From assembly GCA_964010765.1 (NCBI GenBank), contig CAXGMD010000026.1, forward strand, positions 1 to 38,347: 38,347 bases of DNA, in the 5' to 3' direction. The DNA is from an uncultured bacterium. Its GTDB lineage: Bacteria > SAR324 > NAC60-12. This document shows positions 29,786-38,347 of the stretch, in pieces. Positions within the stretch are counted from its first letter, which is position 1. The number at the start of each line of letters is the position of its first letter. Below the pieces are notes generated by a model that made no database searches, was not told the origin of the DNA, and worked only from the letters and a program-made list of their open reading frames with translations. Both the position numbers and the translations under genes were made by a program.

Positions 29786-32413
29786 ATGAGTGCCGCAACC
29801 CGACAGCCCATCCGATTGAAAGACTACAAGGTCCCTCCCTACTTGATTCCAAAAACAAAACTACGATTTGAATTGGGAGAAGATAGCACCGAAGTTCGGT
29901 CGATTCTGAGTTTACAAAGAAACCCTCTCGCCAAAGATGAAGATCGCCAGTTGCGCCTTCACGGAGAAGGCATTGAGCTTCTGGAGTTGAAACTCAATGG
30001 CGCTACATTGAGTGAAGATGATTACCAAAAAGACGAAGAATTTCTGACAATCCCAAACTTTCCAGAGGAAGGAGAACTAACAATTCGGACTAGGATTCGA
30101 CCTCAGGAAAACACGACTCTGGAAGGTCTTTACAAGTCGAATGAACTCTTCTGCACACAGTGCGAGGCCGAAGGCTTCCGTCACATCACCTACTTCCTTG
30201 ATCGTCCTGACGTCCTTTCCAGATACACGACTACAATCGTGGGAGATCAGCAGACTTATCCCACCTTGCTTTCCAATGGGAACCCCATCGACTCAGGAAG
30301 CTTGTCAGATGGGCGCCACTATGTCACCTGGGAAGATCCATTTCCAAAACCAAGTTACTTGTTTGCCCTTGTTGCAGGAAATCTGGAATGTCTGGAAGAC
30401 TCCTTTCAGACACTTTCAGGCAAACAGGTAGCTTTGAAAATTTATACCGAGCATGGTTACAAGGAGCAGTGTCATCATGCGATGGAATCATTGAAGAAGG
30501 CGATGCGTTGGGATGAGGAGCGGTTTGGTCTAGAGTACGACCTCGAAATCTACATGATTGTCGCAGTTCAAGACTTTAACTTCGGAGCAATGGAAAACAA
30601 GGGACTGAACATTTTCAATGCTCGTTACATCCTCTCACGGTTTGACACTGCAACTGATGAAGATTTTGAAAACATCGAGAGTGTGGTTGCTCATGAGTAC
30701 TTCCACAATTACACGGGTAACAGGGTCACTTGTCGTGATTGGTTTCAGCTGAGCTTAAAAGAGGGGTTGACCGTCTTTCGTGATCAGGAATTTACTTCGG
30801 ACTTGAACTCTCGTCCCGTCAAACGAATTCAAGATGTCAGATTTTTACGAGATTACCAATTTCCGGAAGATGCAGGACCAACAGCCCATCCTGTCCGTCC
30901 AGAAAGTTTCCTCGAAATCAATAATTTTTACACCGTCACCGTCTACGAAAAGGGCAGCGAATTAATTCGAATGTTGCAAACCCTGATCGGACGTGAGGTC
31001 TTCACCCAAGGTGTGCAGCACTATCTAAAAAAGCATGATGGACAAGCAGCCACGGTAGAGAATTTTCTGGAAGCCATTGCAGAGAGTGCCAAGACGGATC
31101 TGGAACCTTTCCGAGCTTGGTATCGTCAGGCAGGCACTCCAAGAGTTTCTGTTCGAGGGGAGTACTCTGCAAATAAGCAAGAATATGAGCTCCATTTCGA
31201 GCAATCCTACCCCCAACTGAACGTTGCAGGGGACAGGCAGGCTGTGCCGATCCCAATTCAAATCGGTTTGTTGAACAAAGCCGGTGGAAGTATCTCATCG
31301 ACAGAATCGGACGTATTTTTACTTGAGAAGCCCAAAGATCGTCTGGTGCTCACTGGAATTTCAGAGCAGCCCATTCCGTCGTTGCTTCGGCAGTTCTCAG
31401 CCCCAGTGCGCTTGGAATATGACTACTCAGCTGAAGAGTTGGCCTTGCTGTACCAAAGGGATGCTGATGAGTTCAATCGCTGGGATGCAGGACAGCGTTT
31501 GGCAACGATGGTGATTTGGCAGAGCCTTCAAAGTCTGCAACAAGGGCAACCTCCATCTGAACCAACTTTGCTTTTGGAAAGCTTCGAGGCGATCTTGCGG
31601 TCGGGACATTCTGACCTCTCCTTCTTGAGTCAATTATTGACCTTACCCTCTGAAGGTTACTTGAGCGCTCAGTTCCAACCCATCTCACCGAATCAACTAA
31701 GGGAGGCTCTCTGGGGATTGCACGATTCATTGAGCAACCAACTTTGTGAGATTTGGCAGCAGAAATACGAAGAGATCGGGCAACCTCCTGCTGAAAGTTT
31801 AACTGCAGAGGCTATTGGAAAGCGTCGCTTCCGCAATCTTTGCTTGAGTTACCTTGGAAGAAGTCAGGAAACTATTGGGGAAGAATTGGCTTTCCAACAA
31901 TTTCAGCAAAGCCAGAGTATGACTGAGGCCATGGGTGCTCTGAATGTGTTGACTCATCAATCAGGCCCATTTCGTAATCAGGCATTGGAGTCTTTTTATC
32001 AAAAGTGGCAGGACGACGCGTTGGTGCTGGACAAGTGGTTCAGGATTCAAGCCGCCTCACGCAGAGAAGACATTCTTGATGAGGTTGAGGGTTTACTGAA
32101 ACATGAAAAGTTTAGTTATCGCACTCCAAACCGTGTGAGAGCCTTGGTTGGCGGATTCAGTCAGGGTAATTTTTTCCGTTTTCATCAAGAAGATGGCAGA
32201 GGCTATCAATGGTTGGCCTCCCAAATTCAAGCGTTGGATAAGAGCAATCCCCAAGTCGCCGCAAGGTTGCTCACCCCACTAGTACGCTGGCAACAGTTCG
32301 CTGAACCATTTCAAAGCAAAATGCATCAAGCACTTCAGCAAATCGCGAATACTACAGAGCTGTCAAAGGATGTGTTTGAGATTGTCAGCAAGAGCCTGGG
32401 TGAATCAGCATGA
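29786..32413 (+). CDS. pepN: Aminopeptidase N (M1 family)
   Basis: TQCEAEGFR, GAMENKGLN, HEYFH...LKEG zinc motif, NFYTVTVYEKG, PNRVRAL. Confidence 0.96.
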   Translation: MSAATRQPIRLKDYKVPPYLIPKTKLRFELGEDSTEVRSILSLQRNPLAKDEDRQLRLHGEGIELLELKLNGATLSEDDYQKDEEFLTIPNFPEEGELTIRTRIRPQENTTLEGLYKSNELFCTQCEAEGFRHITYFLDRPDVLSRYTTTIVGDQQTYPTLLSNGNPIDSGSLSDGRHYVTWEDPFPKPSYLFALVAGNLECLEDSFQTLSGKQVALKIYTEHGYKEQCHHAMESLKKAMRWDEERFGLEYDLEIYMIVAVQDFNFGAMENKGLNIFNARYILSRFDTATDEDFENIESVVAHEYFHNYTGNRVTCRDWFQLSLKEGLTVFRDQEFTSDLNSRPVKRIQDVRFLRDYQFPEDAGPTAHPVRPESFLEINNFYTVTVYEKGSELIRMLQTLIGREVFTQGVQHYLKKHDGQAATVENFLEAIAESAKTDLEPFRAWYRQAGTPRVSVRGEYSANKQEYELHFEQSYPQLNVAGDRQAVPIPIQIGLLNKAGGSISSTESDVFLLEKPKDRLVLTGISEQPIPSLLRQFSAPVRLEYDYSAEELALLYQRDADEFNRWDAGQRLATMVIWQSLQSLQQGQPPSEPTLLLESFEAILRSGHSDLSFLSQLLTLPSEGYLSAQFQPISPNQLREALWGLHDSLSNQLCEIWQQKYEEIGQPPAESLTAEAIGKRRFRNLCLSYLGRSQETIGEELAFQQFQQSQSMTEAMGALNVLTHQSGPFRNQALESFYQKWQDDALVLDKWFRIQAASRREDILDEVEGLLKHEKFSYRTPNRVRALVGGFSQGNFFRFHQEDGRGYQWLASQIQALDKSNPQVAARLLTPLVRWQQFAEPFQSKMHQALQQIANTTELSKDVFEIVSKSLGESA

Positions 32414-33066
32414 GTTTCCAAGAAGAACCATCCTTACCAACTAGGTTACTATTGATCCGGCATGCCCAGACAGAGTGGAATATCCAACGACGATTTCAGG
32501 GGCATGGAGATAGTCCTATCACTGAAGAGGGCCAGATGCAGCTTCAACGCCTGAAATCCAGACTCGCTGGAATAGAATTTGATGTCGTCTATTCCAGTGA
32601 TCTCGGGCGTACCATGGAAACGTCCCAAATGCTTTCTGGTAAAAAGATGGTCGAGGAACCACGTCTGAGAGAGCGAGGAGTCGGTATTCTGGAAGGTTTG
32701 AACTTAGAGCAAATCATGGCGGACCATGCTGAGGCATTTCGAGCTTTTCGGTCAGGTGACAAAGACCATCAAATTGAGGGCGGTGAGAGTCTTCAAAATG
32801 CCCTCAATCGAGCCTGGACATTTTTGGAGGAAATGCCCGAAAAACATCCTGGTGCTGAGCTGGCAGCCGTATCTCACGCTGGGCTAATTCGGCTGATTTG
32901 TAAACAGATCTTGGGTCTTGCGCTGGATGCTCCTAATTTTTTTCAGATCCCCAATACGAGCCTGACCCAACTTATCTTTTCACCAAAAGATCGTAGTTGG
33001 AGTCTTGAATGTTTGGCTGATACCACGCATCTTCAGTCTGTTTTTGACCCTCTTGTAGTGATCTAA
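32410..33066 (+). CDS. Histidine phosphatase (phosphoglycerate mutase-like)
   Basis: LIRHAQTEWN, SSDLGRT, LRE, GES, VSHAG; ATGA overlap with pepN. Confidence 0.88.
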   Translation: MSFQEEPSLPTRLLLIRHAQTEWNIQRRFQGHGDSPITEEGQMQLQRLKSRLAGIEFDVVYSSDLGRTMETSQMLSGKKMVEEPRLRERGVGILEGLNLEQIMADHAEAFRAFRSGDKDHQIEGGESLQNALNRAWTFLEEMPEKHPGAELAAVSHAGLIRLICKQILGLALDAPNFFQIPNTSLTQLIFSPKDRSWSLECLADTTHLQSVFDPLVVI

Positions 33067-33069
33067 TGC

Positions 33070-33474
33070 ATGGCATCTATTTTCAGTCGTATCATACAAG
33101 GTGAGCTGCCTTGTGAAAAAATTGATGAAACGAAGAATGAGATCTGTTTTCTCGACATCTCGCCTTTCACTGAAGGGCACACGCTGGTGATACCCAAGCG
33201 GGAGGTAGCTCGATTTGAGGAACTTCTAGAAACAGAAGCACAGAGTCTGATGCAGACAATGCAGCGAGTGGCCAAAGCGGTCTGCAAGGCTTACGGAGGT
33301 TCTGATTACAACATTCAGTTGAACAATGGACCCGACGCGGGCCAGGAAGTCCCTCATGTACATTTTCACATCATCCCCCGTCCAGATGGACTGCGAGTTC
33401 CCAAGCTAGGGAAATATGCTGATGGGCAAATGGCGGAGGTAGGGGCACGCATACGAGCCTGTCTGGATAACTGA
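33070..33474 (+). CDS. HIT family nucleotide hydrolase
   Basis: SIFSRII, FLDISP, GHTLVIPK, AGQEVPHVHFHIIPR histidine triad. Confidence 0.92.
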   Translation: MASIFSRIIQGELPCEKIDETKNEICFLDISPFTEGHTLVIPKREVARFEELLETEAQSLMQTMQRVAKAVCKAYGGSDYNIQLNNGPDAGQEVPHVHFHIIPRPDGLRVPKLGKYADGQMAEVGARIRACLDN

Positions 33475-33510
33475 ACAAATGAGGTCACTGCTTTTGGAGA
33501 ATGACGCTAA

Positions 33511-34416
33511 ATGTTGAGGCCATCTTCTCCAGTTCAGCAATTGGCAGCAGTCGACATTGGTAGCAAAGCTGTCCGGATGGTTCTTGGTAATTTGAATTGC
33601 AAGGGACATCTGCAAATTCAGCAGCGTTGGCGAGCTTTTCTAAGTCTCGGTGCATCAGTTTTCCGAGACCAATCCATTCCCACAGCACAAATTCTCGCCC
33701 TAAAACAAGTTCTTCAATCTTTCCAAAACTCACTTCCGCAAGATACTCCCTGTTCTATTTCTGCGACAAGTGCTTTCCGAGAAGCCAAAAACCGAGATGA
33801 AGCGCACCACGAACTAGCAAGACAAGGTTTTCAGATTCAGATTTTGACGGGTTTGGAAGAAGCAGAGTTGATTCATCATCTCTTCCGACGACAATGGCCG
33901 GAGTTGTCTGGGACAACCCTGCATGCTGATTTGGGTGGCGGAAGCTTGGAGTTGTCATTGGAACAAGATGCGCAGTTGCTTTGGCAGGACAGCCTGCCAC
34001 TAGGTGTCTTACGCGCTGGGAAAAGACCGAATTTATCTAGCCTTAAGGCTCTTACAGAACCCTTTGCAAAGGTAAGTCTGAGCCATCGTCAGTTATTAGT
34101 GTCCGGAGGAAGTGCAAGAGAGTGGGGGGAACGGCTTGTCTCAGAGGGGATATTCGGGGCGCATGAGCCGGGACGAAGTATTTTTGAATACCAGTTCTTG
34201 CCTCTGAGAAAGGCAAAGACCAGATCAGCCACGATCTTCTCCAGACTGATCGAGATGTGGAAACCAGAACAGGTCGTTATTCCTCGTATCGGTCTGAAAG
34301 AAGGCTTGTTATTGAATTTGGCAGAGCAGCTAAGTAATGAGGAGTGCCGTTTGAGTTTGGGTAAGGAGGTCCCAGTGCTTCAAGTCAATCTGCCTCAAGC
34401 GGAAGTAGGAAGTTGA
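33511..34416 (+). CDS. Short, divergent Ppx/GppA-family phosphatase
   Basis: AVDIGSKAVR, ATSAFREAKN, LTGLEEA, DLGGGSLELS, LPLG, GLKEGLL; no C-terminal HD region. Confidence 0.75.
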   Translation: MLRPSSPVQQLAAVDIGSKAVRMVLGNLNCKGHLQIQQRWRAFLSLGASVFRDQSIPTAQILALKQVLQSFQNSLPQDTPCSISATSAFREAKNRDEAHHELARQGFQIQILTGLEEAELIHHLFRRQWPELSGTTLHADLGGGSLELSLEQDAQLLWQDSLPLGVLRAGKRPNLSSLKALTEPFAKVSLSHRQLLVSGGSAREWGERLVSEGIFGAHEPGRSIFEYQFLPLRKAKTRSATIFSRLIEMWKPEQVVIPRIGLKEGLLLNLAEQLSNEECRLSLGKEVPVLQVNLPQAEVGS

Positions 34417-34421
34417 AACTA

Positions 34422-35204
34422 CTACAAGCTCAACATCTGGATGGCATCCAACATTTGATCATCGTAAAGTCCAAACATGATTCGGATCGCCTGAATCATG
34501 AAGGGCATTCCCAAGAGCAGGAAGATAAACCCCATCATTAGTGTCAGAGGGAACCCCACGACGAAGATCTGGATCTGCGGAACAGAGCGGGAAAGGAGTC
34601 CCAAAATCACGTTGGTGATCAGAAGTGCGATGATGAGTGGAGCCCCTAACTGAAAACCAATGGAGAAGATCCCAGAACTCAGCTGAATCATCATACTCGC
34701 CAAGTCATCCCCCATGGATGCCTGCCCCACAGGAATCAACTGGTAGCTTCTCACCATTGCCTGAACTACCAATGCAGGACCATCCAAGCTCAGGAACACC
34801 AGTGATGCGATCAACGTCTCCAGTTTAGACAGTAATGATATTTGCTGCATGGAAGCGGGATCGAAAACGTTTGCAATGCTTAATCCCATCTGGAAGCCGG
34901 TCATGGCTCCTGCAAACTCTACAGCAGCAAAGAGAATCTTACCAATTAGCCCAAGGGTTACCCCAATCAATAGCTCGCTAAAGACCAGCATCAAAAAATG
35001 ATGAATTTGCTCAGGAAGAACCGTGGGGGATGGCAGAAAGGGATTCAAGATCAGGGAGAAGACCAGGATGACGACGATCTTGATCTGGGCGGGGATATTG
35101 GAACTGCCGAAAATGGGTGCAGTCGTCAATACCCCACCAACCCTGATCAATACAAGCAGGAAAACTAGAAGTTGCGAAGCATCATAGCTTAGCAGATTTG
35201 CCAT
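34422..35204 (-). CDS. fliR: Flagellar export apparatus protein FliR
   Basis: LIRVGGVLTTAPIF, ELLIG, GFQMGLSIANVFDP, SRSVPQIQIFVVGFP; multiple transmembrane segments. Confidence 0.93.
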   Translation of the reverse strand: MANLLSYDASQLLVFLLVLIRVGGVLTTAPIFGSSNIPAQIKIVVILVFSLILNPFLPSPTVLPEQIHHFLMLVFSELLIGVTLGLIGKILFAAVEFAGAMTGFQMGLSIANVFDPASMQQISLLSKLETLIASLVFLSLDGPALVVQAMVRSYQLIPVGQASMGDDLASMMIQLSSGIFSIGFQLGAPLIIALLITNVILGLLSRSVPQIQIFVVGFPLTLMMGFIFLLLGMPFMIQAIRIMFGLYDDQMLDAIQMLSL

Positions 35205-35224
35205 GCTGGCGCCTGAATCCTAAT

Positions 35225-35683
35225 TTAGTCTCGGTAGTTCCCAGCGTAGTTGGTGTCTTCACTAAATCCGCCGACTCCACGGTTTCGATTCGCACGTCGT
35301 TCCTGTTCCATTTGTGCTTCAAGGCTTAGTCGGGTGAATGGAAGGGCCATCAGACGTTTCTTGCCAATCCACTGTCCTGTTTCTTCGCACCAACCATACT
35401 CCCCACTGTCCATCCTCTGCAGAGCTTCCTTGATCTGTTGTAGGCGCTCAATTTCTCTGCTCTCAATCAAGCTGCTGAGAGTTTGCTCCTGGGAAATGAC
35501 GGAGTGATCCACCTCGTCTCCGACCTCAAACTCTGTCTCTTCGTGTGTGGCGTTGAGCCGCTCTTCAATTTCCTCCATTTGGCTCAAAAGCATTGCCCGG
35601 ATTTCCTGCATCTCCTCGGCAGCCATTGCTTCTTCGCTATCAATTTCGTCAGGGGTATCCAAGTCCTGCTCGTCCGTGCTCAT
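35225..35683 (-). CDS. dksA: DksA/TraR family RNA polymerase-binding factor, one-cysteine form
   Basis: Coiled coil with DEVDHS tip; IKEALQRMDSGEYGWCEETGQWIGKKRLMALPFTRLSLEAQ. Confidence 0.82.
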   Translation of the reverse strand: MSTDEQDLDTPDEIDSEEAMAAEEMQEIRAMLLSQMEEIEERLNATHEETEFEVGDEVDHSVISQEQTLSSLIESREIERLQQIKEALQRMDSGEYGWCEETGQWIGKKRLMALPFTRLSLEAQMEQERRANRNRGVGGFSEDTNYAGNYRD

Positions 35684-35816
35684 TTCTGGGTTCTCCTATA
35701 GAAATGCAATTCAATGCGATTAATTTAGAGGGAGCACGGGGCTTTTCAGATTTTGGGCCAGTCGTGCAAAAGGGCTCAAATTTCTACCATCTTTTTGTGG
35801 GGATGCAACACAAAAT

Positions 35817-37124
35817 TTAAGATTTCTTTAAAATCGCCGCAGAAAAGCCCATCCAATGCCTTGAAGGAAGCAATTGCCAAAAGCCTTTTTGTGTTTCTTG
35901 AATCCCTCCAGGTAGCTCTTTCCATGGAATCGGCTTTAGTCCAAGTTCCTCGCACAATTGCAAAGGTAACTGTGTTTCTTCTGGTTCCAGTGAGCAGGTC
36001 GAGTAGGCGATCCAGCCACCTTTTCTGACCACTCGTGCTGCTTCTTTGAGAAGTTGCTCCTGAAGTTCTGTCTGTCGCAACAAACTCTTCAAATTTTCCA
36101 CCCATTTGATGTCTGGGCTCTTCCGGATGGTTCCAGTTGAAGAACAAGGGACATCCAGCAGGATACCATCCATTGACCTGCTGGGGAAAGGCAGCTTCGT
36201 CCCGTCGGACTGCAACATGCAACCAGCTAGATTGAGTCTCTGCAAATTTTGGCGGACTTTCTTCAAGCGAGAAGCAGAGACATCATTCAGCAGAAATTGA
36301 CCCGGATAGTTTTGTGACAGTTGAAGTCCTTTTCCACCTGGAGCAGAACAAACATCCAGAATTGTCCCTTCCAGAAATGTTCTGATAGCTTGGCAGAAAG
36401 CATAAGAAGAGGCATCTTGGGCATAGATCATTCCTTCCTTAGCCATCGCTGTGTTCCAAACTCCCTGATTCTTTTGCAGAACAGTCAATTCTGGGAAGAC
36501 AGGGTGCGCTTCCCAGTCAATTTCGATAGCCTCCAGCTGTTGACGAATAGCAACGATATGCTCAACTTGGCTCGGAGCCAGAGTCAAATTGGGCAATAAG
36601 TTGTTGGCTTCGCATATTTGCTCTGTGGCTTCCACACCGTAACTTTTGGTCCAGCGTTCCACCACCCAATCCGGATGGGAGGTCCGTGTGGCAAGCGGTC
36701 TTTGTGCTGGCTGCAATAATCCTGATTGTAAATCCCGCTGCATTTGACGAAGGATCGCGTTGACCAGACCGGTTCTTGCTTCCAAACGATGCATTCGCAC
36801 CAACTCAACCGCTTGATGGATTGCATGGTGCTGTTTCGAACTGCGCAGAAAAATCAGCTCGTAGGCTCCAATCAGCAGGATCCCTTGCAACACATCCTGC
36901 AGCTTCGACCATGGAAGCCGACATCGATCCTGAATCTCAGTCTGGAGCCAGCGATGGTGGCGCAACACTCCCTGCAGCAAGTGTGTTTGGTGTCGATTAT
37001 CTTCACTTGGACTGAATTCTGCCTGCCGAATCGACTGCCAGTCTTTTTGTTTCTTGAATTGAAGATAACTGCGCAAGGCCAGTAATTGTGGGGATTGGGG
37101 TTTGTTTTTTGATGGATGACTCAT
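35817..37124 (-). CDS. rsmB: 16S rRNA m5C methyltransferase RsmB/Sun-like
   Basis: NusB-like N-domain (LVNAILR), SHPDW, DVCSAPGGK, DVPCSSTGTIRKSPD, YSTCS. Confidence 0.82.
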   Translation of the reverse strand: MSHPSKNKPQSPQLLALRSYLQFKKQKDWQSIRQAEFSPSEDNRHQTHLLQGVLRHHRWLQTEIQDRCRLPWSKLQDVLQGILLIGAYELIFLRSSKQHHAIHQAVELVRMHRLEARTGLVNAILRQMQRDLQSGLLQPAQRPLATRTSHPDWVVERWTKSYGVEATEQICEANNLLPNLTLAPSQVEHIVAIRQQLEAIEIDWEAHPVFPELTVLQKNQGVWNTAMAKEGMIYAQDASSYAFCQAIRTFLEGTILDVCSAPGGKGLQLSQNYPGQFLLNDVSASRLKKVRQNLQRLNLAGCMLQSDGTKLPFPSRSMDGILLDVPCSSTGTIRKSPDIKWVENLKSLLRQTELQEQLLKEAARVVRKGGWIAYSTCSLEPEETQLPLQLCEELGLKPIPWKELPGGIQETQKGFWQLLPSRHWMGFSAAILKKS

Positions 37125-37211
37125 GAAGAAATCTCAGGGTGTGAACGCTATTTGCATCGTTGAACAGCAAACTTAGAACCCAGATCCCTCAACGTCAAAT
37201 AAAAGTATGCC

Positions 37212-38219
37212 ATGGGAGCCGTTCTTAACCAAGATGAGGTAGATGCACTGCTGCGCGGGGTGTCCGGAGATGACATGGACATGGACGATGAAGAGGATGA
37301 GTACGACCCGGAGGAAGTCGTCCCCTTTGACCTGACTGCTCAGGATCGGATCATCCGTGGTCGCATGCCGACCCTGGAAATCATTCATGACCGCTTTGTC
37401 CGACTATTCCGACTGACGCTCTCCAATGCGCTACGCAAGGTCGTCGACATCAGCGTGCGCTCAACGGAACTGATCAAGTTTGGTGAGTTCCTGAAGACCC
37501 TTCCGGTGCCTTCATCCATGAACCTCTTCCGGATGACACCGTTACGGGGCAACGCGATCCTGGTGCTCGAGACTCGTCTAGTCTTCACCCTGATTGATTT
37601 GTTCTTTGGTGGAAATGGAGAACTGGAGATCAAGTCGGAGGGCAGAGATTTCACGGAGATCGAAGCAAGAATGATCAAGAGGGTCACGGTGAGTGCCTTG
37701 GAAGATCTACAGAGCTCATGGCGTCCAGTATTCCCGGTGCAGATCAACTACACCCGAGCGGAGACTAACCCTCAGTTCGTGGCAATTGTTCCTCACAGTG
37801 AAATCGTCATCGTCGTCACCTTCGACGTGGAAATCGGGCGGGCTCCAATGGCCATTACGCTCTGCGTGCCGTACTCCATGATTGAACCCATCCGGACCCG
37901 TTTGAACGCTGGATTCCAGAGCGAACAAGACGAAAAAGACAATACCTGGAGCAATCGGTTCAAGAAAAACCTGAACCAGACCCATGTTGAGTTGGTTGCC
38001 CAATTGGGGGAAACCCAGATGTCGGTTCGCAACTTCCTCAACTTGGAGGTGGGTGACTTGATCACGCTTGAGCACGAAGTCCAGCACCCGATTGGTCTAC
38101 TTGTTAACGGTGTGCAAAAATTCTCAGGGTACCAAGGTTCTTATAAGGGCCACAAAGCCATCAGCGTAGAAGAGTTGGTCTATGTGCCGCCAGCAGTCGA
38201 TGAAATGTTGGTGATGTAA
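37212..38219 (+). CDS. fliM: Flagellar motor switch protein FliM
   Basis: VLNQDEVDALL CheY-binding motif, RIIRGRMPTLEIIHDRF, RDFTEIE, ETNPQF, C-terminal SpoA domain. Confidence 0.96.
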   Translation: MGAVLNQDEVDALLRGVSGDDMDMDDEEDEYDPEEVVPFDLTAQDRIIRGRMPTLEIIHDRFVRLFRLTLSNALRKVVDISVRSTELIKFGEFLKTLPVPSSMNLFRMTPLRGNAILVLETRLVFTLIDLFFGGNGELEIKSEGRDFTEIEARMIKRVTVSALEDLQSSWRPVFPVQINYTRAETNPQFVAIVPHSEIVIVVTFDVEIGRAPMAITLCVPYSMIEPIRTRLNAGFQSEQDEKDNTWSNRFKKNLNQTHVELVAQLGETQMSVRNFLNLEVGDLITLEHEVQHPIGLLVNGVQKFSGYQGSYKGHKAISVEELVYVPPAVDEMLVM

Positions 38220-38223
38220 CCTC

Positions 38224-38253
38224 TTGACAAGAAAGATCACTCTACACTAACAT
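38224..38253 (+). promoter_or_regulatory. Putative sigma70 promoter of the tRNA
   Basis: Perfect TTGACA (38224-38229), 18-nt spacer, TAACAT (38248-38253), 17 nt before the tRNA. Confidence 0.5.
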
Positions 38254-38270
38254 AATCGTTTTGTTTGAGC

Positions 38271-38346
38271 GGGCTGATAGCTCAGTTGGTAGAGCATCTG
38301 ACTTTTAATCAGGTGGTCCAGGGTTCGAGTCCCTGTCAGCCCACCA
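38271..38346 (+). tRNA. tRNA-Lys (anticodon TTT)
   Basis: 76-nt cloverleaf: acceptor GGGCTGA/TCAGCCC, D-arm GCTC/GAGC, anticodon loop CTTTTAA (TTT at 38304-38306), T-loop TTCGAGT, encoded CCA. Confidence 0.97.
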
Positions 38347-38347
38347 A

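Noticed and set aside
35684..35816. Possible c-di-GMP riboswitch or structured leader upstream of dksA-fliR
   Set aside because: Small hairpins only; no c-di-GMP-I core motifs on the coding strand.
37141..37156. Sigma54-like GTGAACGCTATTTGCA upstream of fliM
   Set aside because: The -12 TTGCA is good but the -24 dinucleotide is TG rather than the required GG.

Overview
Gene-dense bacterial chromosomal window. The gene mix and protein style suggest a marine Deltaproteobacteria-like/SAR324-like organism; this is inference, not provable from the sequence. Left: a flagellar hook operon (fliJ, MotE/YlxF-like, fliK, flgD, flgE), pyrE-pyrF, a metY-metA pair that resembles marine picocyanobacterial proteins, an Smr protein, a beta-barrel protein, a stand-alone PilD N-terminal domain, hisA, an aldo-keto reductase and a NadN-like 5'-nucleotidase. 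Centre (15300-29659): a ~14 kb L-rhamnose-type uptake and catabolism locus with rhaM, rhaTPQS ABC transporter, rhaB and bifunctional rhaEW, plus a divergent GntR. It lacks the rhamnose isomerase and the dehydratase/aldolase of the oxidative route. It instead carries two paralogous amidohydrolase-fold proteins with Asn in place of the catalytic Asp, a PhyH-family Fe(II)/2-oxoglutarate dioxygenase overlapping rhaM, a Gfo/Idh/MocA oxidoreductase and an SDR. This is the best candidate for an undescribed pathway, possibly for a modified deoxyhexose. Right: pepN, histidine phosphatase, HIT, short Ppx/GppA, then rsmB, a one-cysteine DksA and fliR on the minus strand, an isolated fliM and tRNA-Lys(TTT) at the very end. 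No CRISPR array, transposase, integrase or rRNA was seen. All calls are by motif recognition; no searches were run.
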